This document shows positions 53,698 through 64,000 of a DNA stretch of 64,000 nt, piece after piece (within the stretch, counting starts at the first letter, position 1; every line of letters begins with the position of its first letter). The stretch is from Candidatus Marinacidobacterales bacterium. Its GTDB lineage: Bacteria; Acidobacteriota; Vicinamibacteria; Marinacidobacterales; SMYC01. A program made the position numbers and the translations under genes. The stretch spans positions 3,136,001-3,200,000 of the forward strand of contig OZ250169.1 in NCBI GenBank assembly GCA_965237955.1. The letters run 5' to 3'. The notes below the pieces were generated by a model. The model saw only the letters and a program-made list of their open reading frames with translations, ran no database searches and was not told where the DNA came from.

Positions 53698-54258
53698 AAG
53701 AAGGACCAGGGAAGAGAGACATCCTTTCGAAGCCTGCCAGCAAGAAAGCCGCCGCACGGCCTCGTTCGGCTCCCCTCAATGAGCCCAAGCTGGTGCCGGT
53801 TCCTCTGCCCGAAGGTGTCCGCCACCAGCGGGTGGGTGAAACGACGGAACGTTCCGCGCCCGCGCATCTCGAGAAACTCAAGCAATTCTTCGAGGCGGCT
53901 CCGATCAGCCGCTACCTGGGCATGACACTCGGCTATTGCGGAGAACGGCGTGGCACGCGTGCGGTTGCCGTTTCGAGCCGAGTTCGAAGAAGGGCATGGC
54001 GTCATCCACGGGGGGCTCATCGGTCTGCTCGCCGACACGGCGGGTAACTTCGCGGTGGGTTCGGTCTCGCCGGGCTCCACGGTCAAGACGGTGGAGTTCA
54101 AGCTGAGCCTGCTGGCGAGAGTCCAGGGAGACCTGCTCGCCATTGGAGAACTCGTACGAAAGGGACGCCTGCTGGCCACCTGCCGGCTCGAGGTCGTCGA
54201 GGGCAACGACCATGTGGTGGCCATCGGGCTGGCCACTTACGCCCTCCAGGCCGTTTAG
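53694..54258 (+). pseudogene. PaaI-family thioesterase, frameshift at ~53945
   Basis: PISRYLGM then, in another frame, GVIHGGLIGLLADTA..TVEFKLSLL..VRKGR. Confidence 0.85.
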
Positions 54259-54294
54259 CCATCTCCACCCGAGATAATGACATGGACCCCGTCC

Positions 54295-54870
54295 TGTGCG
54301 GCGCTGCCGATCGCCCCGGCGACGTATCACGCGCAGAAGGCCCGCGAGACGGACTCGGCACGACTGCCCGGACGCACGGTGCGCGATGACTGGCTGATGG
54401 CGGAGATCCGTCGTGTCTGGACCGAATACCACGGCGTCTACGGTTCCCGCAAGGTCTGGCGGCAATTGCGCCGGGAAGGCATTCCGGTCGCACGGTGCAC
54501 CGTCGAGCGCCTGATGCGTGTGCTGCAGCATCGGGGTGCGGTACGTGGCCGGCGGTTCAGGACCACGATCCCGGACGCCACGGCAGCCCGGCCGCGGCAG
54601 GTATCGCGACACCGTGCTCTCGGAGATGATGAAACCGAGTGAGACGAGGAAGACAACAACGCCGAGCATAAGCGGCGGAGTTTCGCCGTCTTCGGCCCGG
54701 AATTCAAGCGGAGCGTAAGTCCTTGATTTCGTGGGCGGAGCAGTTTTGACGATGCACAGCGAGTTCACAGCCGCCGGCAAGCTCTTCGACAAGACCGGCG
54801 AGCGGCTGACACCGAGTCACACCAAAAAGCAGACCGGGCAACGGCTTCCGCTACTACATCTCCCGGGCGT
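54295..54870. pseudogene. mosaic of fragments: IS3 orfB (+), integrase (-), large serine recombinase (+)
   Basis: VYGSRKVWRQLRREG..VARCTVERLMR, LGFIISESTVSRYL, AGKLFDKTGERLTPSHTKK. Confidence 0.65.
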
Positions 54871-54930
54871 TGGTGCACGAATAGCTCTTGATTCCGGCAA
54901 CCGCTTCGACTGAGCTTCTCGATGGCATTG

Positions 54931-55510
54931 TTCGTGACCTACTATGTGCTTGTCGTCATCGAGCTGTCTTCGCGAAAAGTGCACATTGCCGGAATCACTC
55001 CCGGGCCGGATGGCCCGTTCATGATGCAGGTCGGTCGGAATCTCACCGACCCGCTCGACGTCTTTCTGCGCGGCAATCGATTCCTCATTCTGGACCGCGA
55101 CAAGAAGTTCACCACGGAGTTTCGCGACTTGCTCGAGCACGCCGGAACTGACGTCATTCGGCTGCCGTACCGTTCGCCGAATCTGAACGCTTACGTCGAA
55201 AGGTTTGTTTTGTCGAGCAAGAGCGAGTGCCTGGAGCGGATGATCTTCTTCGGTGAGCCATCGCTGCGCCGGGCCGTCGCTGAGTTCATCCATCATTATC
55301 ATAGAGAGCGCAACCATCAAGGGCTGGGGAACGCGTTGCTCGAAGCGGAAGAATGCGTCGGCAGTCCTCACGGGAAGGTGCGATGTTGTAAGCGATTGGG
55401 CGGCTTGCTCCGTTATTACCACCGCGACGCGGCATAGGAGTTCGGGCGCGCAAGCTGGACGTAACGGATGGTCTGGAGGAGAGGTCTGCTCGGGATCGCC
55501 TATCGCAGAC
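54931..55510 (+). pseudogene. rve integrase 3' fragment
   Basis: Homologous to 7645-8230 and 48778-49360. Confidence 0.88.
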
Positions 55511-56943
55511 CCCGTCCTGTGCCAAAACTCGGCCCTTTTGAAATAGGCCATAAATCAGCAGTTTAGTGTCTGTGTTTGCGACCGGGCCAAGGGCCGTGGG
55601 CTTTACAATCGTCTTGGGCGGGCGGGTCGTCACCATGCAGATGACCACCTAGTCGAGAGCGAATATCGAAGCGTGTTCCTGAAGCGGTTTCCACGCTACG
55701 CCGGTCGAGCCCGCCGAGGGGCTACCGTCGCCGGCGACCATCTACGCGGCACGGCAGTAGTAGTTGAGAATGCCCACAAGTCGCTCTCGCGACACGATGG
55801 GGCCAGCGTCATTCGCGCTTGCCGGCAGAGGTGTGATGAGCTCGTTGCCGAGACCTTGGTGGTTCCGTTCTGTGTGATAGTGCACTACGTATTCGGTTAC
55901 CGCTGTGCGCAGGTGTCGCTCACTGAGAGGTACGAAGCGGTCGAGACACTCTCGACGTATGGAGAGAACGAATCTTTCCGCATATGCGTTCAGATTCGGA
56001 CTATTAGCGGGAAGGCGAAGGGGCTTCACGCCTGAATCTCTCAACAGCCCACGTACCGCCTCGGTGAATAGCGGGTCCCGGTCGTGGATGAGGTATCGCT
56101 TGCCAAGGAGGAAACCATCCCACATGTCAGTGAGGTTTCTTGCAACCTGCTTCATCCACTCCCCGTTGGGGTCCGACGTTATCCCACCGATGCACACGCA
56201 GCGAGTGGCGATATCGATGACAAACAGGACATGGTAGCGGACGAGCCCGAACGGGTTCACAACCTCGACGGTGAACAGGTCTGTCGCAGCGATGGCGCCC
56301 CAATGAGCCTTGATGAAGGTGCTCCACGACATGCTCCTGCCCCGCTCCGGCGCAGGAGCGATACCGTGCTCGGCGAGGAGCCTCTTGATAGTGTTGCGTC
56401 CGAGTTCATGTCCTAGGTTCTTGAGTGCGCCTCGCAGGCGCGTATATCCCCACGTCGGGTTCTCCCGCGCCACGCGCACAATGAGCTCACGGATGTCCTT
56501 CGCCGTCGGAGGTCGGCCTGGACTCCGGTTCTTGCTGCCATCGTACTTGGCTGCGATGAGGTGGCGGTACCAGCGCAGAAGCGTAGCGGGTGTGGCAACG
56601 GACGCAATCTGGGCCAGCGCCTCGCGGCCCAAAGCCTGGGCCTTGACGGCGAGCCTGCGCCGCTCGTCGTCCGAGAGACTGAGACGCTTGCCCCGAAGCC
56701 CGGCTCGGAGCACACGGTTCTCCTCTTGCTGGTAGTCGATCACATCCTGCTGCTGGCGGTTGACCCAGCCAGCTAGAACGAGCAGTAGGAATTGCACGTG
56801 GTACGTCATCATGGAGCTGAAGATAACACCCTCGGGCTAGACGATTGTAAAGCCTACGGCCCTTGGCCCCGGCGCAAACACAGACACTAAGCTGCTGATT
56901 TATGGCCTATTTCAAAAGGGCCGAGTTTTGGCACAGGACGGGG
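55511..56943 (-). mobile_element. rve-integrase element with ~105-bp TIRs; transposase 55742-56812
   Basis: Intact 356-aa DDE ORF (ATDLF, IHDRD, NAYAERF). 55511-55614 and 56840-56943 are long inverted repeats. Confidence 0.92.
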
Positions 56944-57509
56944 TCAAGCCGATAGCAACACTGGCCCTCAGAGGTCGTTCAAAGTGATTGGCTCCTCGCG
57001 CGCGGATTTTCCATCATGGCCCGGAGCACCCAAGACGCTCCTCACTGAGGCCGAAGATACGTTTGCAGTCTGACCCATTCGTCACGACGCGATGGATACG
57101 CAGCTTCGATGGAAGATTTATTAAGAAAGGGGCTTGACTAGAGGAGTCCAGATATGTTGCTACGCCGCGTTTGAATGCTAGTCCCCTGTATCAGAACAAA
57201 CTAGATAAAGCAGAGCTTGCCGAAACCATTCTAAGTGCATGAATCTTATGAATCTTATGGGCTGGCGAAAAGCCTAACTTTGTATAGTAATCAAAGATCC
57301 AGGGGACTAGTGTCAGTTGGCCTGCCTGTGTCGGCGAACGCCATAAATAAGGATGTCGGCGCGCATACGAAGATGTCTCTGAACGTCAAGCACCGCGTGG
57401 TAAGCTCAGCCGGCATCGCCGAAAGAACTGCGTCTCTGGAAATCAGGCTCAAACTCTAGCACGCGAGCGGGTTACGCGGTAGCCACCAACACTTGATTGC
57501 GGAAGCACC
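56941..57509. repeat. second copy of the IS1111 3' end plus IS1-like derivative
   Basis: Homologous to 41188-41635. Confidence 0.85.
57182..57306. mobile_element. 125-bp MITE
   Basis: TIR TCCCCTG(T/G)ATC and CTAG TSD (57178-57181, 57307-57310). Absent from the homologous site at ~41426. Confidence 0.85.
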
Positions 57510-57579
57510 GTCCAGTTGGTAATGTTGAGCAGAGGCTTCGCGCCAATATCGTAGGGCTCGAGGATGCACCGTCGATGGG

Positions 57580-58260
57580 TTAGCGTTTCTCGATGGGTTC
57601 GATCTTTCCGTCTCGCAAGGTCACGATCGACTGGGCGTGCTCCGCGACGTGACGCTCGTGGGTGACCACGACGATGGTGTGGCCGCGACGATGCAGACTG
57701 TCGAGTAGCGCCAGAATCTCCTCGCCGGTCGCGGTGTCGAGATTTCCCGTTGGCTCGTCGGCGAGAAGGATGGACGGCTCGTTGACGAGCGCCCGCGCCA
57801 TGCCGACGCGTTGGCGTTGCCCGCCGGAGAGCTCGTTCGGGCGGTGTTCGACGCGGTCGGCGAGGTCGACCTCGGCAAGTGCTTTGAGAGAGCGCTCGCG
57901 ACGCTCGTCACCGGCGACGCCCGCGTACACGAGCGGCAGCTCGACGTTGTGAAGCGCCGTCGCGCGCGCGAGCAGGTTGAAGGTCTGGAAGACGAAGCCT
58001 ATCTCCTGGTTTCGCACGACCGCGAGCTCGTCTTCCTCCATCGAGCTGACGTCGCGTTGCTTCAAGACATACCGGCCCCGCGTCGGGGTGTCGAGACAGC
58101 CGAGAAGGTTCAATAACGTGGATTTGCCCGAGCCCGACGGGCCCATGATCGCGACGTACTCGCCGCGCTCGATCTGGAGCTCTACGCCTTGAAGCGCGTG
58201 GATCTTGTTTGGCCCCATCTCGTAGGTTTTCCAAAGATCGGAGACTTCGATGAGATTCAT
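57580..58260 (-). CDS. MacB/LolD-type ABC transporter ATP-binding protein
   Basis: [30 protein letters not shown]. Confidence 0.97.
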   Translation of the reverse strand: MNLIEVSDLWKTYEMGPNKIHALQGVELQIERGEYVAIMGPSGSGKSTLLNLLGCLDTPTRGRYVLKQRDVSSMEEDELAVVRNQEIGFVFQTFNLLARATALHNVELPLVYAGVAGDERRERSLKALAEVDLADRVEHRPNELSGGQRQRVGMARALVNEPSILLADEPTGNLDTATGEEILALLDSLHRRGHTIVVVTHERHVAEHAQSIVTLRDGKIEPIEKR

Positions 58261-59540
58261 TCGTGCCGCAACGCCTCGATGGGATCGAGCCGCGACGCTT
58301 TGATCGCAGGCGCCATACCGAAGATGAGCCCGACGCTCGCGGAAAAGCCCAGCCCGAGGGCGAACGACCACCACGGAAGAGAGATTGGAAAACCAGAGAG
58401 GAAATGGATGAGAAGACCCATCGCCGCTCCGAGCACCACGCCGAGGACGCCGCCGAGCGAAGTCAACGTCGACGCTTCGATGAGAAACTGACACAAAATC
58501 TCTCGTCGTTTCGCGCCCAACGCCTTACGGAGCCCGATCTCGTTGGTGCGCTCGGAGACCGACATCGTCATGATCGCCATGACGCCGATGCCCCCGACGA
58601 GGAGGGCTATCGAAGAGATGACGACGAGGGCAAGGAAAACCGCTTGGGTGGTTCGCTCCCACACACGCATCGCTGCGTCTTGGGTAACCAGGTCGAAGTC
58701 GTTCGGCTCGTCGAGTCGCAGGCCATGCCGGATGCGCATGAGCTCTTCGATCTGCTTCAATGCTTCATCTCGACCTCCGTCGCGTGGCACTGCGACGATC
58801 GTGACGTCCCGGTGCTCGCTGCCGTGAACCTTCCTCACGCGTTGTCCAAATTGGGTCTCGTACCTCGTATACGGAATCACCGCGAAATCGTCCTGCCCGA
58901 CGTTGAAACCCCCCGGGCTTGCCCGCTCGCCCATCACACCGACGACGGTGTACCGCCGCCCTGCGATTCGAACTGTCTTTCCCAGCGGGTCGACGAGGGG
59001 AAAAAGAGATCGGTACGGCCCTTGCCCGAGCACCACGACGCGGCGCCGGTGCCTCAGCTCGGCATCGGTGAAAAAACGCCCCATCTCGAGCGGAATGAAG
59101 CTCACCTGCGCGAAATATTCGGAAGCGCCGAATACCGCGACCCGCTTTGTCTTCTCACCGCGATAGTAGATTCGCTCGGTTTTGACGTCGACGCCACCCC
59201 CGAACATGACGTCGACAAAGCGGATGACGTCGAGTCGTTCGATCGCCCCCGCGTCCTCGGGCGAAAGGTTCGGCCTTCTGATGAGCTCGATGAACTCTTT
59301 GCCAGACATGAAGCTCATCCCACTGAACTTCACGATCGAGATCGTGTTCGGGCCGAGCTCTTCGATCATGGCCCGAAGCGAACGGTCGAAGCCGCGTACC
59401 AGCGACGTCATGCCGACGATGGCGGTGATGCCGATGATGACGCCCATGACGGTGAGGCCCGAGCGCAGCTTGTTGACGCGCAGCGTCTCGAACGCCATTC
59501 CGACGATCTCGCGAAGGAGAGCTAGGCGGATGAAGACCAC
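58257..59540 (-). CDS. MacB/FtsX-type ABC permease
   Basis: [49 protein letters not shown]. Confidence 0.96.
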   Translation of the reverse strand: MVFIRLALLREIVGMAFETLRVNKLRSGLTVMGVIIGITAIVGMTSLVRGFDRSLRAMIEELGPNTISIVKFSGMSFMSGKEFIELIRRPNLSPEDAGAIERLDVIRFVDVMFGGGVDVKTERIYYRGEKTKRVAVFGASEYFAQVSFIPLEMGRFFTDAELRHRRRVVVLGQGPYRSLFPLVDPLGKTVRIAGRRYTVVGVMGERASPGGFNVGQDDFAVIPYTRYETQFGQRVRKVHGSEHRDVTIVAVPRDGGRDEALKQIEELMRIRHGLRLDEPNDFDLVTQDAAMRVWERTTQAVFLALVVISSIALLVGGIGVMAIMTMSVSERTNEIGLRKALGAKRREILCQFLIEASTLTSLGGVLGVVLGAAMGLLIHFLSGFPISLPWWSFALGLGFSASVGLIFGMAPAIKASRLDPIEALRHE

Positions 59541-59544
59541 TCCG

Positions 59545-60774
59545 CTACTCCTTCCTGAGCGCTTCGATCGGGCTCAGGCTCGCGGCCCGAGTCGCCGGGT
59601 AGATTCCAAAAAAGAGACCGACGACCGCGGTCATCGTTATCCCGAGCGCCACCGACCAAGCCTCGATGGCCGCAGGGATCGGCGTTGCCCGTTCGATCGC
59701 GAGCGCGACCCCGAACCCGAGGCCAGTACCGACGACGCCGCCCACGGTCGACAAAACGACCGATTCGGAAAGAATCTGCCAGATGATATCGCGACGACGG
59801 GCACCCAACGCCTTCCGCAAGCCGATCTCGCGAGTGCGCTCGGTGACCACCATCAACATGATGTTCATGATGACGATGCCGCCCACGACGAGAGAGAGAG
59901 CCACCACGCCGATGAGTACCGCGAAGATACCGGACGTCGCGGCCTCCCAGATGGCAAGGATGGTGCCTGACGTGAACATTCCGAAGTTGTCGTCCTCGGA
60001 CGGTTTCAGTTTGCGCTCGATGCGAAGCGCGAGCCGAGCCTCGTCCATGGCCGCCGTCATCCGACGCGCGTCGTCGGGTTTGACCATGAGCGACAAGCCA
60101 CGGCGGGACCCAAATATCTTCTGGAACGCGCCCAGGGGAATGATGGCAAACTCGTCCTGGGACTGACCGAAGACGGTTCCTTTTTTCTCGCTGACGCCAA
60201 CGACTCGAAAATGCTTACCTTCGATCTTGATGGTCTGGTCGAGGGGGTTCTTGCCTCCAAAGAGTCGGTCGGCAACACCCCATCCGATGACGGCGACGGG
60301 GCGCTTGCGCCGAACCTCAGCCGCGGTCGGAAGCCTGCCGTTCTCAGCGCCGTAGTTCGAGAAGCGGATGAAGTCCTCGCTAACGCCTTCGATACTGGCC
60401 CGCTCGAGCTCTTTGTTCCGGTAGCTAACCCTTCCGCTTTGCTGGACGCGAGCCATGACCGCGCTCACTCCAGTGGAGGACAAACGGCTGATGGCGTCTG
60501 CATCTCGAACGGTGATGCGTGGATTGAGACGTCGGGCGCGCTCCGCGTCGTCTTCGTTGGTAATGATCCCCACGCGCTCGATCATGAACGCATCGGCGCC
60601 AGCTTCGGAAAGGATGAAGTCGCTGACTTTGGCGTTCATGCCTCGTATCAGAGCGACGACCGCGATGATCGACGTCACCGCGACGATGTTGCCGAGCACG
60701 GTCAGAATGGATCGGAGCTTGTGCGACCACACGGCATCGAGCGCGAGCCGGATTGCTTCCAGGATCTTGGACAC
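59545..60774 (-). CDS. MacB/FtsX-type ABC permease
   Basis: [43 protein letters not shown]. Confidence 0.96.
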   Translation of the reverse strand: MSKILEAIRLALDAVWSHKLRSILTVLGNIVAVTSIIAVVALIRGMNAKVSDFILSEAGADAFMIERVGIITNEDDAERARRLNPRITVRDADAISRLSSTGVSAVMARVQQSGRVSYRNKELERASIEGVSEDFIRFSNYGAENGRLPTAAEVRRKRPVAVIGWGVADRLFGGKNPLDQTIKIEGKHFRVVGVSEKKGTVFGQSQDEFAIIPLGAFQKIFGSRRGLSLMVKPDDARRMTAAMDEARLALRIERKLKPSEDDNFGMFTSGTILAIWEAATSGIFAVLIGVVALSLVVGGIVIMNIMLMVVTERTREIGLRKALGARRRDIIWQILSESVVLSTVGGVVGTGLGFGVALAIERATPIPAAIEAWSVALGITMTAVVGLFFGIYPATRAASLSPIEALRKE

Positions 60775-60777
60775 GGG

Positions 60778-62109
60778 CTACTGCCAGAAGTAATCTGATT
60801 CGGGCTCTTCGAGCTTCACCCGAGCGCCGTCTGCGATCTCGCGCACCGCGCTGTAGGGCCCGGTAATGACCCCGTCGCCGGCGTCGAGGCCCGCGAGTAC
60901 TTCGAAATGTCGTTCTCCAGCGATCCCGATCGTGACGGGTGTGAAAACAGCCTCGCCGTCGCGGTGAACGAAGACTCCCTCGACTTCTTCGAGCCGATGT
61001 GCAGGTGGTACGGCGTCGCGGCGTTTGCCGTCGTTCTTGTCCTTCTTCTGGTGACGCACCCTGGTCCCATTCGAGTCGTATTCGAGCTCGCGCACGGTTA
61101 GAGCTTGGATTGGCACCGCGATCGTGTGCTCGCGCACGGCCGTCGTAATCTCCGCCGTGCATGAGAAATCCGGACGCACTCCGGGCACTTCGTCCGTCAA
61201 GGTTACTTCGACCACGAAATTCGTTCCTGTCTGACCGGTGTCGGCGCTCATGGCGTTTTGGCCTCGCGTGGCGCTCGATCCGATCTTCGTGACCTGCCCC
61301 TCGAACTCCCGGTCCGGCAACGCGTCGATGGTGATGGTGGCCGACTGCCCCAGACGCACGTCGACGATGTCGGTCTCGTCGACCTCGAGCTCCGCTTGGA
61401 TGACCGATAGGTCGGCGATCGTCAAAAGCACCGTGCCGGCGTTATTCATCGTGCCGACCACGACCGTCTCTCCTTGTTCGATGTTGAGACGTGTGATCAT
61501 GCCCGCCATCGGCGCGTCGATCGTCACCTTGCTCAAAACGTGTCGCGCGGTCCTAAGATTTGCGGTCTCCTGGGCGAGGCGTTCCTCCTGAACTCTCACC
61601 TCGGTCTCGCGCGCCTTGAGCTCGCTCCGGCGGACCTTGGCCTCGCTCTCGGCGCGGTCTAGCGACTCTCTCGAAACGACCTCGTCTTCGTGCAGCTTGC
61701 GCGAACGGGTCTCGTTGCGAAGCGAGAGCTCCAAGTTCGCCCGTGCGGTCTCGACGGCCACGCGTGCTGCGTTCAGCGCTTCACGCCCGGCACGAAGCCC
61801 AGCCTCGCCCATCTGTACCGCACTTTCCGCGGCCTCGGGGTCGATGAGCATCAGAAACTGGCCGCGATCAACTTGCTCGCCTTCGTAGACGGCGAGCTCG
61901 GTGACCCGGCCCATCGTGTCCGCACTGATGTTGACGAGCCGTTTGGGCTGGATCTTGCCGGACGCGGAGACGACCGCCGTGAGAGTGCGATGTTCGATTG
62001 CCTCGACCTGAACTTCTGGCCCGCGGGATTGCTGGTAGTAGCGGTTCGCAAAAAAGACCGCTGCGGCGAGTAGCACGACTCCAACGCCGATGACGATGTT
62101 GCGTTTCAT
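60778..62109 (-). CDS. MacA-like periplasmic adaptor (membrane fusion protein)
   Basis: N-terminal TM, VSASGKIQP, helical hairpin, IDAPMAG, VDETDI..V..GQ. Confidence 0.95.
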   Translation of the reverse strand: MKRNIVIGVGVVLLAAAVFFANRYYQQSRGPEVQVEAIEHRTLTAVVSASGKIQPKRLVNISADTMGRVTELAVYEGEQVDRGQFLMLIDPEAAESAVQMGEAGLRAGREALNAARVAVETARANLELSLRNETRSRKLHEDEVVSRESLDRAESEAKVRRSELKARETEVRVQEERLAQETANLRTARHVLSKVTIDAPMAGMITRLNIEQGETVVVGTMNNAGTVLLTIADLSVIQAELEVDETDIVDVRLGQSATITIDALPDREFEGQVTKIGSSATRGQNAMSADTGQTGTNFVVEVTLTDEVPGVRPDFSCTAEITTAVREHTIAVPIQALTVRELEYDSNGTRVRHQKKDKNDGKRRDAVPPAHRLEEVEGVFVHRDGEAVFTPVTIGIAGERHFEVLAGLDAGDGVITGPYSAVREIADGARVKLEEPESDYFWQ

Positions 62110-62513
62110 GGGATGGGTCACGTTGAGCGACTCGTTATGGACTCCGGCCACTCGCGTCGGACTGGCGCGGGATTACGCGGGCGATAAGGAGCCGCACAGG
62201 CCTCCGAGGGTGGACGAGTGCAGGAGTCGCCGCCATGGAGTCCACAGCGGATAGAGACGAAATCGCTTATGCGGATACTCCCTCTGGTTGTGGCTTCGTA
62301 GGCCGAGGCCCCAAAAGGACACAAAATCAAACCTCACCCCCCATGGGGAGAGGCGGCCAAGTGGTCAGCGACAATTAAAACTTCCGCCGGGAAGAAAGGT
62401 TTAACGCTGGACAGCCAAGAGTCGCGAATTGCATGTTCCTTCAGTAGGCCTTCAAATTCTTGGAGGCAGGCTTTGCGTCGCGATTCGACTGGAAGGGCCT
62501 GCAAAAGCTGCTT

Positions 62514-63768
62514 TCCCGTCCTGTGCCAAAACTCGGCCCTTTTGAAAAACCATGTCTGTAATTTAATGCACCGTAAAGTCTTAGTGTCATTTTACCAACA
62601 CTTAATGGCGGAAGCACCCATGAGGTCTGTGTGAGCGGCAGGGCTGCCCGATCGAACAACGGCTGCCTGACCAACAGTAGGAATTGCACATGGTACGTCA
62701 TGATGGTTCCGAAGATAACACCCTCGGGCCAGACGATTGTAAAGCCCACGGCCCTTGGCACCATCGTAAAACACAGACGCTAAGCAACTTAGTGTCTGTG
62801 TTTGCGATCGGGCCAAGGGCCGTGGGCTTTACAATCGTCTTGGGCGGGCGGGTCGTCACCATGCAGATGACCACCTAGTCGAGAGCGAATATCGAAGCGT
62901 GTTCCTGAAGCGGTTTCCACGCTACGCCGGTCGAGCCCGCCGAGGGGCTACCGTCGCCGGCGACCATCTACGCGGCACGGCAGTAGTAGTTGAGAATGCC
63001 CCCAAGTCGCTCTCGCGACACGATGGGGCCAGCGTCATTCGCGCTTGCCGGCAGAGGTGTGAGGAGCTCGTTGCCGAGACCTTGGTGGTTCCGTTCTGTG
63101 TGATAGTGCACTACGTATTCGGTTACCGCTGTGCGCAGGTGTCGCTCACTGAGAGGTACGAAGCGGTCGAGACACTCTCGACGTATGGAGAGAACGAATC
63201 TTTCCGCATATGCGTTCAGATTCGGACTATTAGCGGGAAGGCGAAGGGGCTTCACGCCTGAATCTCTCAACAGCCCACGTACCGCCTCGGTGAATAGCGG
63301 GTCCCGGTCGTGGATGAGGTATCGCTTGCCAAGGAGGAAACCATCCCACATGTCAGTGAGGTTTCTTGCCACCTGCTTCATCCACTCCCCGTTGGGGTCC
63401 GACGTTATCCCACCGATGCACACGCAGCGAGTGGCGATATCGATGACAAACAGGACATGGTAGCGGACGAGCCCGAACGGGTTCACAACCTCGACGGTGA
63501 ACAGGTCTGCCGCAGCGATGGCGCCCCAATGAGCCTTGATGAAGGTGCTCCACGACATGCTCCTGCCCCGCTCCGGGGCAGGCGCGATACCGTGCTCGGC
63601 GAGGATCCTCTTGATAGTGTTGCGTCCGAGTTCATGTCCTAGGTTCTTGAGTGCGCCTCGCAGGCGCGTATATCCCCACGTCTCTCCCGCGCCACGCGCA
63701 CAATGAGCTCACGGATGTCCTTCGCCGTCGGAGGTCGGCCTGGACTCCGGTTCTTGCTGCCATCGTAC
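62514..63768 (-). pseudogene. degenerate copy of the 55511-56943 element plus mixed ends, interrupted by IS3
   Basis: 62790-63768 is near-identical to 55563-56547, with a small deletion. Orphan TIR at 62514 and IS1-like TIR at 62596-62618. Confidence 0.88.
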
Positions 63769-64000
63769 TGTATTGGTTCAGCGTGAAGATGACAGCGAGG
63801 TTGGACGTTAACGCAACGCCCGGCGGCAGGATGTCCCCTATCGCCCCAGGGATCGTACCAGAGTGCTCGGGGGCGTCAAGGGTAAAGCGCGCTGCGCGCG
63901 CCGGCTTCGCCGCCCTTGACGCCCCCTGCGCTCTCTGGTACTCAATGCTTGTGGGCGAGAGGGAACGGAGTGGGGCTCCTGGGATCAGAGTGTTCATGCG
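63769..64000 (-). mobile_element. IS3-family element right end (second copy, continues beyond the window)
   Basis: Reverse complement of 44563-44794. Confidence 0.93.

Noticed and set aside
58263-59525. Long antisense ORFs (also 5035-6099, 28995-30314)
   Set aside because: Shadow frames of high-GC genes with no recognisable motifs.
1945-62550. Recurring ~35-bp motif as a CRISPR repeat or integron attC site
   Set aside because: Copies are dispersed in both orientations without regular spacers. No cas or integron integrase genes are present, and the motif is the TIR of the 55511-56943 element.
1-64000. tRNA or rRNA genes
   Set aside because: None recognised by eye. A tRNAscan/Rfam run would be needed to exclude them.

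Overview
GC-rich bacterial DNA. The gene content resembles Acidobacteriota, but that is an inference. Two intact housekeeping blocks are present: TPR/lipoprotein/BamA-like-rplU-rpmA-obgE-nadD-rsfS-sigma54 activator-LapB-like-comF (~20.7-31.2 kb) and a MacAB-like exporter (57.6-62.1 kb). They sit in an extremely dense mosaic of insertion sequences (IS1-like, IS200/IS605, IS110, IS1111, IS5, IS256, IS3, ISAzo13, rve-integrase elements, MITEs) and fragments of defence islands. Highlights: (1) a Ubl-E2-JAB-E1 bacterial ubiquitination-like operon whose E2 has no cysteine and whose E1 crossover loop has Tyr but no Cys; (2) a separate HTH + ImmA/IrrE peptidase + Ubl + ThiF-fusion-remnant operon; (3) the terminal inverted repeat (TIR) of a resident IS1-like element is hit at essentially the same spot by an IS200, an IS110 and an IS1111, and the non-coding ends of both IS110-family elements carry segments matching that TIR (candidate bridge/seek RNA guides). 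Many single-base frameshifts could be real decay or long-read indel errors. All family assignments come from motif recognition by eye; no searches were run.
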